In this document: piece by piece, positions 1 through 15,849 of the stretch
Numbering within the stretch: position 1 is the first letter of the stretch
How the letters are laid out: every line of letters starts with the position of its first letter
Assembly (NCBI GenBank): GCA_009914755.4
Contig: CP068257.2
Location: 15,840,001 to 15,904,000, forward strand
Origin: the human T2T-CHM13v2.0 reference genome, Homo sapiens
DNA length: 64,000 nt
Reading direction: 5' to 3'
The notes under the pieces: generated by a model
What the model was told of the DNA's origin: nothing
The model's database searches: none
The model's input: the letters and a program-made list of their open reading frames with translations, nothing else
Program-made: the position numbers and the translations under genes

Positions 1-105
1 AGGTGCAACCATAGTGCATACAGCTTCAGACTTCTGTGTTCAAGTGACCCTCCTACCTTAGCCTCCTGAGTAGCTGGGACTACAGTTGTGCACCACTGCA
101 CTTGG
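1..105 (-). mobile_element. Old Alu fragment, antisense, truncated by the window edge.
   Basis: Diverged match to the Alu right-monomer complement (...gttcaagtgaccctcctaccttagcctcctgagtagctgggactacag...). Confidence 0.6.
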
Positions 106-118
106 CCATGGTATCTTT

Positions 119-460
<342 letters not shown>

Positions 461-894
461 TTAATGTCTAAAGAGGATCATACCATTACAGTTATATACC
501 CTGTTTATCTTTAGAAAAAAATGTTTCCTAATTTTTTTTTTTTACCAACCAATCAAGCAGCAGTGAATCTATTTAAACAAACTCCTATTTTTAGAAATTT
601 TAAGTTATTCCTTGTGTTTTACTATTATTTACTTGAAGCACATTTCTAGAACTAGAATGTCTGGGTAAAAGTGCCTATACGGGTCGCAAGCCCCTGGTAA
701 CCACAGCAAACCACATACAGCCACCTCCTTCCCACTCCTCACCGTCACCCCACATGCACGCTAAGCAACTAGTTTATGCTCCCACCAGAAATGCATATAA
801 AAAGGCTGTCCCTGCACCTTCCTTTATAGGGCAGTATATGGTTTTTTTTCAGTATGGACAATTTATTTAATTACTAGAGAAAGGTTTTTATTTT

Positions 895-1212
<318 letters not shown>

Positions 1213-1282
1213 ACGTTTTTATTTTCATACATTTAATTGCCTCTTGTATACTTTACCATTTTTCTGCTTGTTTTGTTTTGTT

Positions 1283-1470
1283 TTTTGAGACGGAGTCTCT
1301 CTCTGTCACTCAGGCTGGAGTACAGTGGCATGATCTGGGCTCACTGCAACCAACCTCTGCCTCCCAGGTTCAAGTGATTCTCCTGTCTCAGCCTCCCGAG
1401 TAGCTGGGATTACAGGTGCCCACCACCACGCCCAGCTAATTTTTGTATTTTTAGTAGAGATAGGGTTTCA
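1283..1470 (-). mobile_element. Alu antisense, left part of an element split by a nested insertion (right part at 2073-2189).
   Basis: Alu complement sequence ends abruptly at ...ttagtagagatagggtttca and resumes at 2073 (agagacagtgtttcaccatgttggcc...). The duplicated gagaYagKgtttca is the TSD of the inserted Alus. Confidence 0.85.
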
Positions 1471-1763
<293 letters not shown>

Positions 1764-1765
1764 TA

Positions 1766-2219
<454 letters not shown>

Positions 2220-2527
2220 TAATGAGCTTTTTACTTTGAAAAAATAAAGATTAAGGTAATTATCCTATGTCATGTATTTGCAAATATTTTTCTAGTTTGT
2301 CATTTTTCCTTTGTAATTGTGTTTGACATTTTTTGACATACAGATGTTTTAAATTGTCTATGCTGTTAAACTTATCAATCATTTCCTTTATGTTTTCTTC
2401 CTTTTGTTTTATTACACAGGAAATTTCACTTGCTGAAAATTTATCCACACTTATGATTTGTGTACATTTCCACAAGTATGTTATATTTCAGTAAGGTTTA
2501 CCAAAAATAATAAAGGTTTTTTCTGCA

Positions 2528-2529
<2 letters not shown>

Positions 2530-2567
<38 letters not shown>
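2530..2567. repeat. (GT)19 dinucleotide microsatellite. A (CA)n-rich patch also sits at about 2713-2740.
   Basis: Uninterrupted tgtgtg... run. Confidence 0.95.
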
Positions 2568-2569
<2 letters not shown>

Positions 2570-5098
2570 CCATTTGTCCTTTTTTTCTGACCTAGGCATT
2601 CCTGCCCTGTAGAGTCCTCCCCTGTACTTGGAAGCAACATATTTTTCTGACATTGGCAGCAGCATACACTCAAACCTTCACATTTGGTCATATAAATATG
2701 ATCAAATGTCAAATACACACACACACATACACACACACATATTCTTCTAGTTATTCTATTACTTCATTTTTTAAGTTCTTTAAGCCATTTGGTTATGTTG
2801 TAACGTGAACCAACTAAATTTATTTTTCCAAATTGTCAACTAATTTTAGCAGAATCATTTGTCTTTGAATAGGGATAAATTAGTAGCTCTTTTTACCCCC
2901 TTAATTTTAGCATTATTTGCAAAACAAATGAGAAAGGTTGGTCTTTTGGCTCTTCTGTGTTCTTAACTTCTATGACTTAGAATCATATATGTTAGAAAAT
3001 CACCGATGGTGATTTAAAACCATAAAGAGGAGAAAACACTGATGTAAATATACTAATCAAGCATTTTACCTAACTAGTCCAGAAAGACTTGAATAACCGA
3101 CCTACCAATGGTAATTGTTTTCATACTAGTAAAGCCCAAGATATTAAAAAAGATAAAAACGGAGATAGAGAAGCTGTTTCTTCCAGATTTCTAAGATAAA
3201 CAGTCTAGGGAAGAAATTATCAGAAGCAAATCTAGCCACATTGGCGGCAGAACAGTTCCTTATTTTGCGGATGGGTTCCTTCTCCTGCCTCTGGTGATGG
3301 GATAACTCTTTGGCCCCATGGTTCCTGTGCATCCATATATCCTTCCATTGGCTACTAATACTGACTTGGAAGCTCTTCAGACTCTGGGGTTGAGCATAGG
3401 AGCAAACAGGAGGTAATGCTACTCACCATCACTGAGTCACTGTTATTTCTACTGCTTCTCCATGTCTCCTAATTGGAGGAGCATACATTGCCATCATCTT
3501 GCCTAGCATTCTGTGACCTGTTACCATCCTCCTGAGCACCTACTGCCTCCTGGAGTAGTAGCTAAGGATCCTGCAAATTTATGGAGGCACTTATGCTTCC
3601 TCATAACTATGAGAACCACCTCCTAAATAGTAACCGGAGGCACTTGGTTAACTCTTTGGTCCTCAGAAAATAGGTGTTCCTAAAAATCTGTGTACTCCCA
3701 GGAATTTTGGATACCAATGTATGAACAGTCCTTAACATTGTTGATAAAACAACCCATATTTATTGTTATGGGCATAGGTCAGTAATGAATTCTACTTTGC
3801 ATTTACTGTTGGGGACAGACTGCCAGTATCAACCAACACTACTTTCTGTCTCTTTAATCTCAGCACATTTGTCAAAACTCCAGCATATCTGAGTCTGTAC
3901 CTCTGCTGGGTTTCATTTTGAATAAAGGAAGTCAGAAGTGAAAAAATGAAAACCACCTTCTATGTCAATACTGATCATTCAAATGTAGCCATGCTATCTA
4001 ACTGTATTACACACTAGGGATCTTATAATGAATTTCATTTTCTATTAAATTGATTAAATTAAGGCCTGTTGATTTACTCCAGGAGAACAAAAAACTTGTT
4101 TGTTCCCTAATATCTATAATAGTGTCCATCACATATTTGGTGTGAAAAATAAATTATATAAAAAGTTATTTATTTTTTAAATAGGCAATGCATGCATATA
4201 CAAATTCAAAAGATAGAAAAGGATATATAGTGAAAATTTAATTTTTGTTTCCTCATCTCCCAGCCAACAACTCTCTTCCTCAGAAGCAATCACTGTTGTC
4301 AGTTTTTTTCTATCTTTCAGAAAAAATCATATGCATTTTAACATACACACACACAAACATATTTCACAGAAATTGTGTTATATGATAAAGTTTTGTAACT
4401 TACTTTTTTCCCATTTAACAGATGTTCTTGATGTATTATTTCACAAAGAGAAAAATATTAACATTTCATAAAAAGCTGCCTCAATGAAGGACATTTTGTA
4501 TTTTTTGCCTAGTCAATATGAAAACTTAGTCATTGATAAAACTATTTCTACCTTCTAATGAGAATTTTAAAAACTATAAACATGATTTTTTAAAAAAAAA
4601 TTGAGTTTCCAAAAAGAAAGGAAAGAAGATTAATCCAGAAACTCCACATCTTCCTGGATTGGAGGGTACCCTATCGTTCAAAAATTCTTCCAGAGTATCA
4701 TATGTTTCAGATGGATTCAAGCAGAATATTTTTTCAAAGATCAGTAAGCGGTGCACTTAGAAGAGAAACAGCCTCTCTACATCTAAGACTGTGAGTATTA
4801 AAAGCCACATGTAGAAAGCACCTGCCTAACGTAGAGCCAAACCAAATACAAGCAGAGCCAAAGGAACTGAGTCATGATGTGATCATTTGAACTTCTGGAT
4901 TCAGCTAGGCCTGAAGCAGGGCCAGGACTAGGGTGAAGTAAGTGAGGCATTAATTTGAGGGGCAAATTTTAAAGGGATGCAAAGAAACCTCAGTAATAAA
5001 AGAAAATACAGTATTTTCTTTTTTATAATAAAAATATTTTAATTCTTTATTTCAATAAAATATATTATTCCCTCCTATTTGTCAGAACATGAACATAG

Positions 5099-5491
<393 letters not shown>

Positions 5492-5507
5492 CAAAAGTAC
5501 TAATTAA

Positions 5508-6052
5508 AAAATATATATTATTATTATTAAGTTCCGGGGTACATGTGCAGGTTTGTTACATAGGTAAATGTGTTCCACGGTGGTTTGCTGCACCTAACAA
5601 CCCACCACCTAGGTATTAAGCCCAGGATGCATTAGCTCTTTTCCCTAATGTTCTCCCCCAAAACTCACCCTCCCTTGACACGCCCCAGTGTGTGTAGTTC
5701 CCCTCCCTGTATCCATGTGTTCTCATTGTTCAGCTCCCACTTACAAGTGAGAACATGCAGTGTTTGGTTTTCTGTTCCTGTGTTAATTTGCTGAGGAGGA
5801 GGCTTCCAGCTTCACCCACATCCCTGCAAAGGACATGATCTCGTTCCTTTTTATGGCTGCATAGTATTCCATGATGCATATGTACCACATTTTCTTTATC
5901 CAATCTATCATTGATGGACATTTGGGTTGGTTCCAAGTCTTTGCTATTGTGAATAGTGCTGCAATGAATATATGCATGCATGTATCTTTATAATTGAATG
6001 ATTTGTATTCCTTTGGGTATATACCCAGTAATGGGATTGCTGGGTCAAATAC
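5508..6052 (-). mobile_element. L1 (primate L1PA-like) 3' end fragment, antisense: 3'UTR plus ORF2 C-terminus, 5'-truncated.
   Basis: Reverse complement of the L1 3' end (ttattattaagttccggggtacatgtgcaggtttgttacata...gggtatatacccagtaatgggattgctgggtcaaat). ORF-track peptide 5783..6091(-) is an L1 ORF2 tail. Confidence 0.85.
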
Positions 6053-6352
6053 TAATTTTTTTTTTTTTTTTTTTGAGATGGAGTCTCGCATTGTGGCCTA
6101 GGCTGGAGTGTCATGTGCGATATTGGCTCACTGCAACCTCCACCTCCTGGGTTCAAGCAATTCTCCTGCCTCAGACTCCTGAGTAGCTGAGATTACAGGT
6201 GCCCACCACCACGTCGGGCTAATTTTTTATATTTTTAGTACTGATGGGGTTTCACTATGTTGGCCAGGATGGTCTCGAACTCCTGACCTTGTGATCCGTC
6301 CACCTCAGCCTCCCAAAGTGCTGGGATTACAGGCATGAGCCACCATGCCTGG
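6053..6352 (-). mobile_element. Alu antisense abutting the 5' truncation point of the L1 fragment.
   Basis: Poly-T then gagatggagtctcgcattgtggcctaggctggagtgtcatgtgcgatattggctcactgcaacctcc...catgagccaccatgcctggc. Confidence 0.9.
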
Positions 6353-8292
6353 CTAATTTTTAAATGAAAACAGGATCTTAGTCTGCACTTACATGAGTTT
6401 ACCTTACTTGGCCTCCCTCTAATCCCAGCTCTGAGACATTCTGGTTATTACATGAGCAGATAATTTCTATACATTTTATTTTTACTTAAGTTAATTTTAG
6501 CTGAATTTCTGTCATTTGAAATTGAGAAAACCCTGCGTAAAGGATCAATTCCCAATGCTACTGTAAGCATTACATGATTTCATACATGTGTAGTTCTTAG
6601 GAAAGGCTTGGTGCATGTATAAATGCAGATTATTATGGCTATTGTTACTGCAATTTCATTTCACCGCCTCTACCATCCTAAAATACTCCAAACTCCTACA
6701 AAAATTTATTGCAGATATGCAAAATTGTAAAAGCAGCCCTGTTTGCGCAGATCCCGTGGGACAACCCCATGTGTTGTGCTGTGTATCCCCTATGCGTGGG
6801 TACTGAGGTTAAGCTTCCAATGGGCTGCTCCTGGCCAGGGACCAAGTGTGGCAGGGAAACAAAGGCAGACCCATTTTTCACCTGGTGATTCTGGCTTGAG
6901 GATTCCGCATCAACCTGGACAAAACTTTCTTAGAACTGCACTGCAGTCTCAGACATCCTACTCACTCTTCCTTCCTGCCCTCTCTCCATCCCAGGGATGA
7001 GATCAGCATTGCATCTGAAGCTCTCTCAACCCTCCTTTTTTCTGCTCAATTTTCCTTCACAAGTGTTTTCTCCAAGAAATTTCTCACACTTCAAATCCTG
7101 TCTTGACATCAGTTTCTAGAAAGACCAGAACTAACATTTGTTGATAATCTCTCTTTCTATTCCGGTGTGTACATTTCTTTCTAAATAACTCAGAACTATC
7201 AAACTTGGTACACACACACAAGCACACACGCTCATGTTCCTAACCAAAGGCTAAAACTCCTCGGCCATCAGGTCGGCCTTAGGGACTTGGTGGTGGTACT
7301 TAGGGGAAGTCAGGCTGTGGTTAAAACAGACTTACCAGGAACCACAAGCACTGGCAGATTATCAAGAAGCTGAATCACGGACCGTTACAAGAAGCTGAAT
7401 CATGGATAGTTATTCCTCCTAATTCTTGTGTGGGTGTTTTTTTTTGTTTTGTTTTGTTTTTGTTTTTTACTGTAATTTAATCAGTCAAGAAATAGAAAAA
7501 AATTCAAGTATTTTCTAGCTTAATTTTCTGAAATACCTAGATGCCTCGAACCCTCAAATTAGAACTTCTAGTACATAAGCCATAGCTCCGATCTCCCACT
7601 GCTCACCTCTGGTGACGCAGGCACCACATGGGAACAACGTAGGCCAAACACTTTGCCACCACTTATTTTCCTTTAAGAGAGTGAGGAATTCTCCTTCAAG
7701 AGAGTGAGAAATTCTCCTTCACTTACTAACCACTAATTGGTCTCTGACAGGATTAGCAGGTCCTCTTGAGAAACAAAAACACAGAATTCTTGTATCTTCA
7801 AAGGTTGTTTTATGATATCTCCCTTAACCAGCACCTGATTTAAAAAAGGTTTTATCTATGCAGTTGAACCAGACTCCTGCCTGTCTAGCCCATGAGGGTA
7901 TACCAGAACCCAGGGACCTAGTACCATAATCCCCACCAGTGGGTCATTAGGTGTTAAGATACAGCCAAGCCACAAACAATGTCCAGTGATTCCCAAGCCA
8001 CCACACAGAGAACATCTGCATGCTGCAACAGGCAAGGCGTACGCCAGCCCAGAAATCTTACCAGTAAACCAAAAAGCCTCCTGCTTTACCTGGGCAGGTA
8101 CAGTGGACTGTATTTACTGGTTTTATGATGCTGCCTTTGTTCCAAGGTCATGATGACATCATAGCACTTGCAGGTATTGTTTCCCAATAATGGTTCATTT
8201 TACTAGGTACTGGGAATCTTCCTCCCATGGCCATCCATACTACTATGCTACAAACTGATAACTGTTTTTGCTTCTAGAGAAAGTCTAGGTGA

Positions 8293-8505
<213 letters not shown>

Positions 8506-8885
8506 TAATTGCATCACCCACTCAAAAAAGAAATAAACTAAAATAACATAGAAGTTGTGCTATTCCCACAGAAATTTTAGATGGCCTTACCAGTATCAAA
8601 GCAGGGTTCACAATTTACACAATGATGAAAGATACTATTCTTCAGTCTCTAGGGCTTTCTCCGGCATAAAACTTTTCCAGTGATATTTTAGTTTTCTACC
8701 ACCTGCCACGTGAACACCTGGGTCTCTCTCCTTCACACCTCTGAGGCCTGCTAAAAACGTCATCCATTCTTCCATCAAAAACAGTGTTTCAATATAACCA
8801 TGGAGTCTATCATTTGGATCTCATGATACCTTCTGTCCAGGGTTGATAATTCCTGGCTGGCCCCAAACACCCTGTACTCACCTTC

Positions 8886-9306
8886 TGTATTAGCCTGTTT
8901 TTGCATTGCTATAAAGAAATACCTGAGGCTGGGTAATTTATAAAGAAAGCTGGTTTATTCTGGCTTATGGCTCTGCAGGCTATTCAGGAAGCATGATGCC
9001 AGCATCTATTTCAGGTGAGGGTCCCAGGAAGCTTACAATTATGGCCAAAGGTGAAGGCAGAGGTGGCACATCACATGGTGAGAGAGGGAGAAAGAGAGAG
9101 AGGAGGAACCAGGCTCCTTTAAACAACCAGCTCTCGCTTGAACTGAGTGAGAACTCACTTATTACCAAGGGAAGGGCATTAATCCATTCATGAGGGATCT
9201 TCCCCAACGATCCAATCACCTCCCACTAGGCCCCACCTTCAACACGGGCGATTACATCTCAACATGAACATGAGATTTGGAGGAGACAGACATCCAAACC
9301 ATATCA
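8886..9306 (-). mobile_element. Solo LTR of the MaLR family (THE1/MST-like), antisense.
   Basis: tgtattagcctgtttttgcattgctataaagaaatacctgaggctgggtaatttataaag...ttacaattatggc...caatcacctcccactaggccc...catgagatttggaggagacagacatccaaaccatatca is the complement of the THE1/MST LTR consensus (TGATATGGTTTGG...TGTATTAGTCC...TAATACA). Confidence 0.7.
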
Positions 9307-9440
9307 ACTTCTAATATGCTAAGACAAAGTACAATTTTTCCATAGATCAGCATAAATCCTCAAAGACACAGACTCTTTGCCACTTCAGGTGGAAATCCCA
9401 GTAAATTGAATACAAAGTCATGTACACATATGCATTTATA

Positions 9441-9760
9441 GGCTGGGTGCAGTGGCTCATGGCTGTAATCCTAGCACATTGTGGGGCTGAGGTGGGCAGA
9501 TCACTTGGGCCCAGGAGTTTGAGACCAGCCTAGGAAACAGGGCAAAACCTAATTTCTACAAAAAATACAAAAATTAGTTGGGTGTGGAGGCACATGCCTA
9601 TAGTCCCGGCTACTCAGGAGGCTGAAGTGGGAGGATCGCCTGAGACCGGGAGGTCAAGGCTGCAGTGAGCCAAAATCATGCCACTGCACTCCAGCCCGGG
9701 GAACAGAGTGAGACTCTGTCTCAAGAGAACAAAACAAGACAACAACAATAGCAAAAACAA
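9441..9760 (+). mobile_element. Alu (older, J/S-like) sense.
   Basis: ggctgggtgcagtggctcatggctgtaatcctagcacattgtggggctgaggtgggcagatcacttgggcccaggagtttgagaccagcctagg...ccactgcactccagcccgggg. Confidence 0.85.
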
Positions 9761-11699
9761 CATATATGCACTTATTTTTCTTAGTGAGAAGATTCTTTAT
9801 CATTTTTTCCCAATCAATGACTGCCTAAGGATCTTTAACTTTAATCAAATTCTCCAAGTGATTGATAGCCACCAAAAAAATTTAACCATATAGCAGATGC
9901 CATGTAGCAGTGCCTGGTCCATAACCATTCTGCATTCACTGTTCCCATTTTTCCTACGGGCAAGCACCAATGACTGACTGCCTGAGGACTTTCTTTAGCT
10001 GCAGGAGTGTGCTAGACCCCTAAGAGACAGATGGTGAAAATTTGGGAGTTCATACCTCCAGGAAAAGCCTTCAACCATTGACAGATGAAAGTTGGTGAAT
10101 AAACACCCCAGCTCCTCACCCCTCCGATGGGACAACTCCAAGACCTACTCTATATAATCTTTCAGGATCTCCCATTAGGATTGACCCAATATCCACAAGG
10201 TCAACCTGCCACCAACATACCCTCTCTTGGCTTTTTTCCATGGTTGTTTTACTTCCCTATTTCCCTACTCGTGCTTGAGATCACCTTCTACTCTGCACCC
10301 AAATCTGTACCTTAGGGTCAGCTTCTGGGGAAAAGTTCTCAGCCCAAGTTAAATGACTATCCTATTGGTTCTCTTACAGATTATCCATTCTGGCTATCAA
10401 CTGGTTCATCTGTACTTCAATCAATACTAAATTCACAATGTCTGCTGAGTCAGACCAGTTTTATATCCATCTTTGGAAATCTACCTGTATTTCACTGATC
10501 CCTTCTTTAATGGTAAATCAGACCCTACTTTGTATTTAAACTCACTATACTGTACACCAAACTAGAGGTAGCTTATAAAGAAAATACATTACTCTTCCTA
10601 ACATTTTAGGTTTTTGTGCCCAGCATACCTTCTTAAAAAAAATTTCTGGAGCTCTTTGAGGCCTTGGGGAAAAAATAAAATGAATGAAAAAGGAGCTGAC
10701 CTGGGATATCATGGAGGCTAAATATTTCACTAATTCTGTTTTGTTGAAGATTACAGTCTGATTTGGTTTATTTGTTTTTTGTTTTGGTTTGAGAGCTTTC
10801 CTTCTTTCTCCCTTTATTTGGCACTCATCCTTCTTAAGAGACTATTTGAGTTTTAGTAGCTGGACTCTGGGAACCGCAGGCATGTTGTTTGGCAGATGGA
10901 TTTTTGCAGTTCTACAGACCAAACCTAATTATCCATTTTGAGTTGTCATCTGAGTTTCTGTTTGAGTTGCCAATGTTTGTCCATTGGATTTTTCTCCTGT
11001 CCATTAAGCAATTTTCTCGCATGATAGAGCATCTACACAAAAAGAATTTCAGGAAACCAGCAGCCATGTGTTGAGACCCATAGGGGAGCTGCTGAGATTA
11101 TTCACACAAAGTCCATTTCTCTCCTTAAGCAAGGAAGCAGGAAATATATAATACTAGAATAAGGAACTCAGAAAAGATGTGGCCTAACACATCTACAAGA
11201 CACAGTCTGGAAAATTCCTATCATGTTAACAGTCCAACATATGCGCTGAATGCATTTCTACTTGGTCAAGCCAGAGAATATTTAATCTCCATCTGAATAA
11301 CATAAAAATGAAAATGCTATAAATTGCAACTACCTAAATATTTTTTGAATCAATACATATCAAATATGTTTAAGTGTTCTTTTCTCATTTTTCTTAAGTT
11401 TCTACAAAGGATCAACTGTCACCCGCACCCAGCATCTCCTGCCATATCTGAAGTTTGGGTGACTCACTGACCCAACAGAAATCAGTCTCCCTTTAGTGAT
11501 ACCCCCTATATTCCTTTCTTTTCTTCATTGCTTAGCAATAGCACTGCCAGGGAAATGGAAACAAACAAAAAAGGAGAAAATCAACCCCCGTTTATTTTTA
11601 TGTACAATAAAGTTTTCATGAAAGTGAAATCATAATGCCTAATGGTGACAAGAATGCTTTTTAGTAATGAGAGACTTTGTAAACCTTTCAAGTGCTTTA

Positions 11700-11990
11700 A
11701 AAAACGATATATAATATTTGTACCTATTTTGGGGGTACTTGTGATATTTTGATACATGTATACTATGTGAAATCAAATTAGGGTAATTGGGGGTATCCAT
11801 CACCTCAAATATATATCTTCTCTTTGTGTGGGGAACATAATAATTCTTCTAGCTATTTTGAAATGTACAATAAATTATGGTTAACTATAATTTCCCTATT
11901 CTACTATTGGATACTACAACTTATTCCATCTAACTGTACCTGTCAAGTGTTTTTGAATAAGAAACATTTAACTGACTTTTTTTTAAAGAG
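11700..11990. mobile_element. Ancient interspersed repeat, likely L1 3'UTR-derived. An Alu-like scrap follows at about 11976-12055.
   Basis: Familiar repeat motifs (gggggtacttgtgatattttgatacatgtatactatgtgaaatcaaattagggtaattgggggtatccatcacctcaaatatatatcttctctttgtgtggggaacat...). Assigned from memory only. Confidence 0.35.
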
Positions 11991-12794
11991 ATGGGGTCTT
12001 GCTGTGTTGCGCGGGATGAATTTGAACTGAACTCCCTAGTAGCTGGGACTAAAGGCACATACTTTTGAGTTTGGCTTAACTGACTTTGAAAGCTATAAAA
12101 GTAGGGATAGGTAAGATCAGCTGAACAACATGTCCATTTGCATAATAGCAGAGTTCCTCCTTTATCAGAAATGTGCAAGTTTCCTTGTCCTTTAGAGTTT
12201 GAGTTGTGAGTTGAGATAATATGTTTTTGCTACCAGCAATCGTAAATTAAATCAACATACCTACAAATGGCTGTCCTAACAGGGAGTCATCTAGTATCCA
12301 AAGAACCACCATTCCCTGCCCACTCCTATTGCTCCTGGATACCCACGCCACTTCACCTTCCTTCTCTTCTTCATTACTGATTAGTAGAATGTGTGGCTGC
12401 TATCTTCCCAAACTCAATAATAAGGTCACCAAAGCTGCCAGGGATCTGTGGTTCCCAGGCATCCTATTCTTGCTGAATTACCACTCCTGCTACTCACTCC
12501 TTCAACCCTAATCAGGGTCCTTCACTCCAACTTTCCACTCCATTACTATCAGCCTCTGCCTAAGCTAGATACTTATCCTTTCCTGAAACATCTGCCAATT
12601 CTCTCTCTCACTTTGTAACATGAAAATGTAACCCTGTCTCCCTAAAACTACAAGCAGTATTAGTTCAACATCAAAGAATCTGCACTTTGCCCTTAAACCA
12701 TCTATGCTCCTTTGTTAGGAAGGAGAATAAGGTTTGACTCCTAATTCTGTGTCTGAGCAAGAAAAGGTGCTTTTTTTTTATTTCATATTTTCTT

Positions 12795-13565
12795 TTATTT
12801 ATTATTATTATACTTTAAGTTTTAGGGTACATGTGCACAATGTCCAGGTTAGTTACATATGTATACATGTGCCATGCTGGTGCGCTGCACCCACTAACTC
12901 ATCATCTTGCATTACGTATATCTCCCAATGCCATCCCTCCCCACTCCCCCCACCGCACAACAGTCCCCAGAGTGTGATGTTCCCCTTCCTGTGTCCATGT
13001 GTTCTCATTGTTCAATTCCCACCTATGAGTGAGAATATGTGGTGTTTGGTTTTTTGTTCTTGTGATAGTTTGCTGAGAATGATGATTTCCAATTTCATCC
13101 ATGTCCCTACAAAGGACATGAACTCATCATTTTTTATGGCTGCATAGTATTCCATGGTTTATATGTGCCACATTTTCTTAATCCAGTCTATCATTGTTGG
13201 ACATTTGGGTTGGTTCCAAGTCTTTGCTATTGTGAATAATGCCGCAATAAACATACGTGTGCATGTGTCTTTATAGCAGCATGATTTATAATCCTTTGGG
13301 TATATACCTGGTAATGGGATGGCTGGGTCAAATGGTATTTCTAGTTCTAGATCCCTGAGGAATCGCCACACTGACTTCCACAATGGTTGAACTAGTTTAC
13401 AGTCCCACCAACAGTGTAAAAGTGTTCCTATTTCTCCACATCCTCTCCAGCACCTGTTGTTTCCTGATTTTTTAATGATTGCCATTCTAACTGGTGTGAG
13501 ATGGTATCTCATTGTGGTTTTGATTTGCATTTCTCTGATGGCCAGTGATGGTGAGCATTTTTTCA
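12795..13565 (-). mobile_element. L1 (primate L1PA-like) 3' end fragment, antisense, about 770 bp.
   Basis: ttattattattatactttaagttttagggtacatgtgcacaatgtccaggttagttacatatgtatacatgtgccatgctggtgcgctgcaccc...gggtatatacctggtaatgggatggctgggtcaaatggtatttctagttctagatccctgaggaatcgccacactg... ORF 13159..13662(-) is an ORF2 remnant. Confidence 0.88.
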
Positions 13566-14857
13566 TGAAAGATGCTTTACTGGAGTACTGACTTGGCCTG
13601 GTGAATACAAGTCCTCCTAGAAACATTCTTATAAATATTTCACCACGCTCTGTCAAGAACACTGTAGGCTAAATGGGTGTTTGGAGGCTTCCTTGGTAAA
13701 TTAACTACATTCATTTACAGCATAGCTGCTATGAGAAGATGCATTTAGTTTTACTTCCAATATGAAAAACAAACAAATTCCTCAAAGGAGTACAATCTAG
13801 GTTCCAAAATCTAGATCTCCAGCCAGGTCGGCTCTCTTTCTGGCATCTTCACTTGGATGTCCCTCGGGCATTGAAAACCTAACATTTGTATTCCACTAAA
13901 CCTGCTTGTCCACTAACCCTATTCAATTAGCAGCACCTTTTTACATTGATTGCCAAATCTAGAAACCTGAAACAGCTTTGTTTCTTGTTCCTCACTGCCT
14001 ATATCCAGCTGGGCTCAAATTTTGCTAGTCATCCCTCCAAAAATCTCCTAAGCCTCTCAGATTGCTGTAACAACTTGAGTTCAGACCCCACCAGTTTTTA
14101 CTGTGACTTTAAAAACAATTTCTTCAATAATTTCCCTTTTGTTTTTTCTGCCCTCTTCAGATCCATCCTTGGCACTGCCTCTAGAGTTTTCTTTCCAAAA
14201 CACAGACAGGATTATGATAGGCCCCTGTTTAAATGGAAAGAAAAAAAAAAGCAAACTTAGATTGTTCTCTCTGCTAAATCAAAAAGCCTGACTTCAGAAG
14301 AAGAGGGATTCTTGCCCATTCTGTCAAATTTGAGCACCTGGGCAGTACAACAAGGATTTTGCTGGCAGCAATTCTCCAGGAGTCTCAGATGTGAGCCCCT
14401 CAATAAGGCCAGAGAATAGACAGCTCTAATGCATTCAGTCTTCTCTCTCTTCAGGTGCCCTAGAAAAATCTTCAGTGAGGACCCCCTCACCCAGAGCAAA
14501 AAAGATGCATGGAGAGGAGTCTGCCTCTTGGATTCAAGTGGGAACAGTTGCTACAGAAATAATCCCCTGGCTTTCCTGTCTAATCTCAGATTTCCAATAA
14601 CCAGAGTTAAATTTTGTATTAATTGTGGTAGATCCCCTTAATCCCAGTTTTTCTGAGCTCTCCCCCTTTCACTACCTTCCTAATTTGTCTCTTATCTTAC
14701 TCAAGTTTTAATGACTATATTTTAAGTTGTTAAGGCATTCTATAAATTTTCTGTTCAAGCAGATTTTAGAATAATTAGAATGCCAATCATTTTCTCCCTA
14801 ATTATAATCCCAAGTTGAAGTTGCAGAATTTGGGTGCAAATTTTGAAAGAACACTCA

Positions 14858-15308
<451 letters not shown>

Positions 15309-15702
15309 CTAAAATCTAAATGCATTCAGTCAACAAATATGTTTGAGCCTATATTTAGTACTAAACTAGATGCTGGAGCTACAACAGTAAGGAAAAACCG
15401 ACATGCACCCTGCCCTCACAGAGCCTACAGTTGGGTGAGTGGGATAGGCATGAATCAAACAATCAAACAAATAACACATTCAAGTTTGACACTGCAATTG
15501 TAGAAAGTGCTCTGAAGGGGAGGTGACCGGTGCTTTGAGAAATATAATGCAAATTATTATTATTTTTATTTTTTCAAATGAAAGGTCTCACATATTTATT
15601 ACTGAACCCAGCCAACCAGCGCATTCACAATAGATTCAGAGAGGAAAAAAATATATTCCCAATAAAACATGACCAACTGTCCAGATAGTGGTGACATTTT
15701 CA

Positions 15703-15849
<147 letters not shown>

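Noticed and set aside
5783-6091. ORFs 5783..6091(-), 13159..13662(-) and 12734..13147(+) with L1-like peptides.
   Set aside because: They are C-terminal ORF2 remnants, or antisense translations, of 5'-truncated L1 3' fragments. There is no intact ORF1/ORF2, so the elements are dead.
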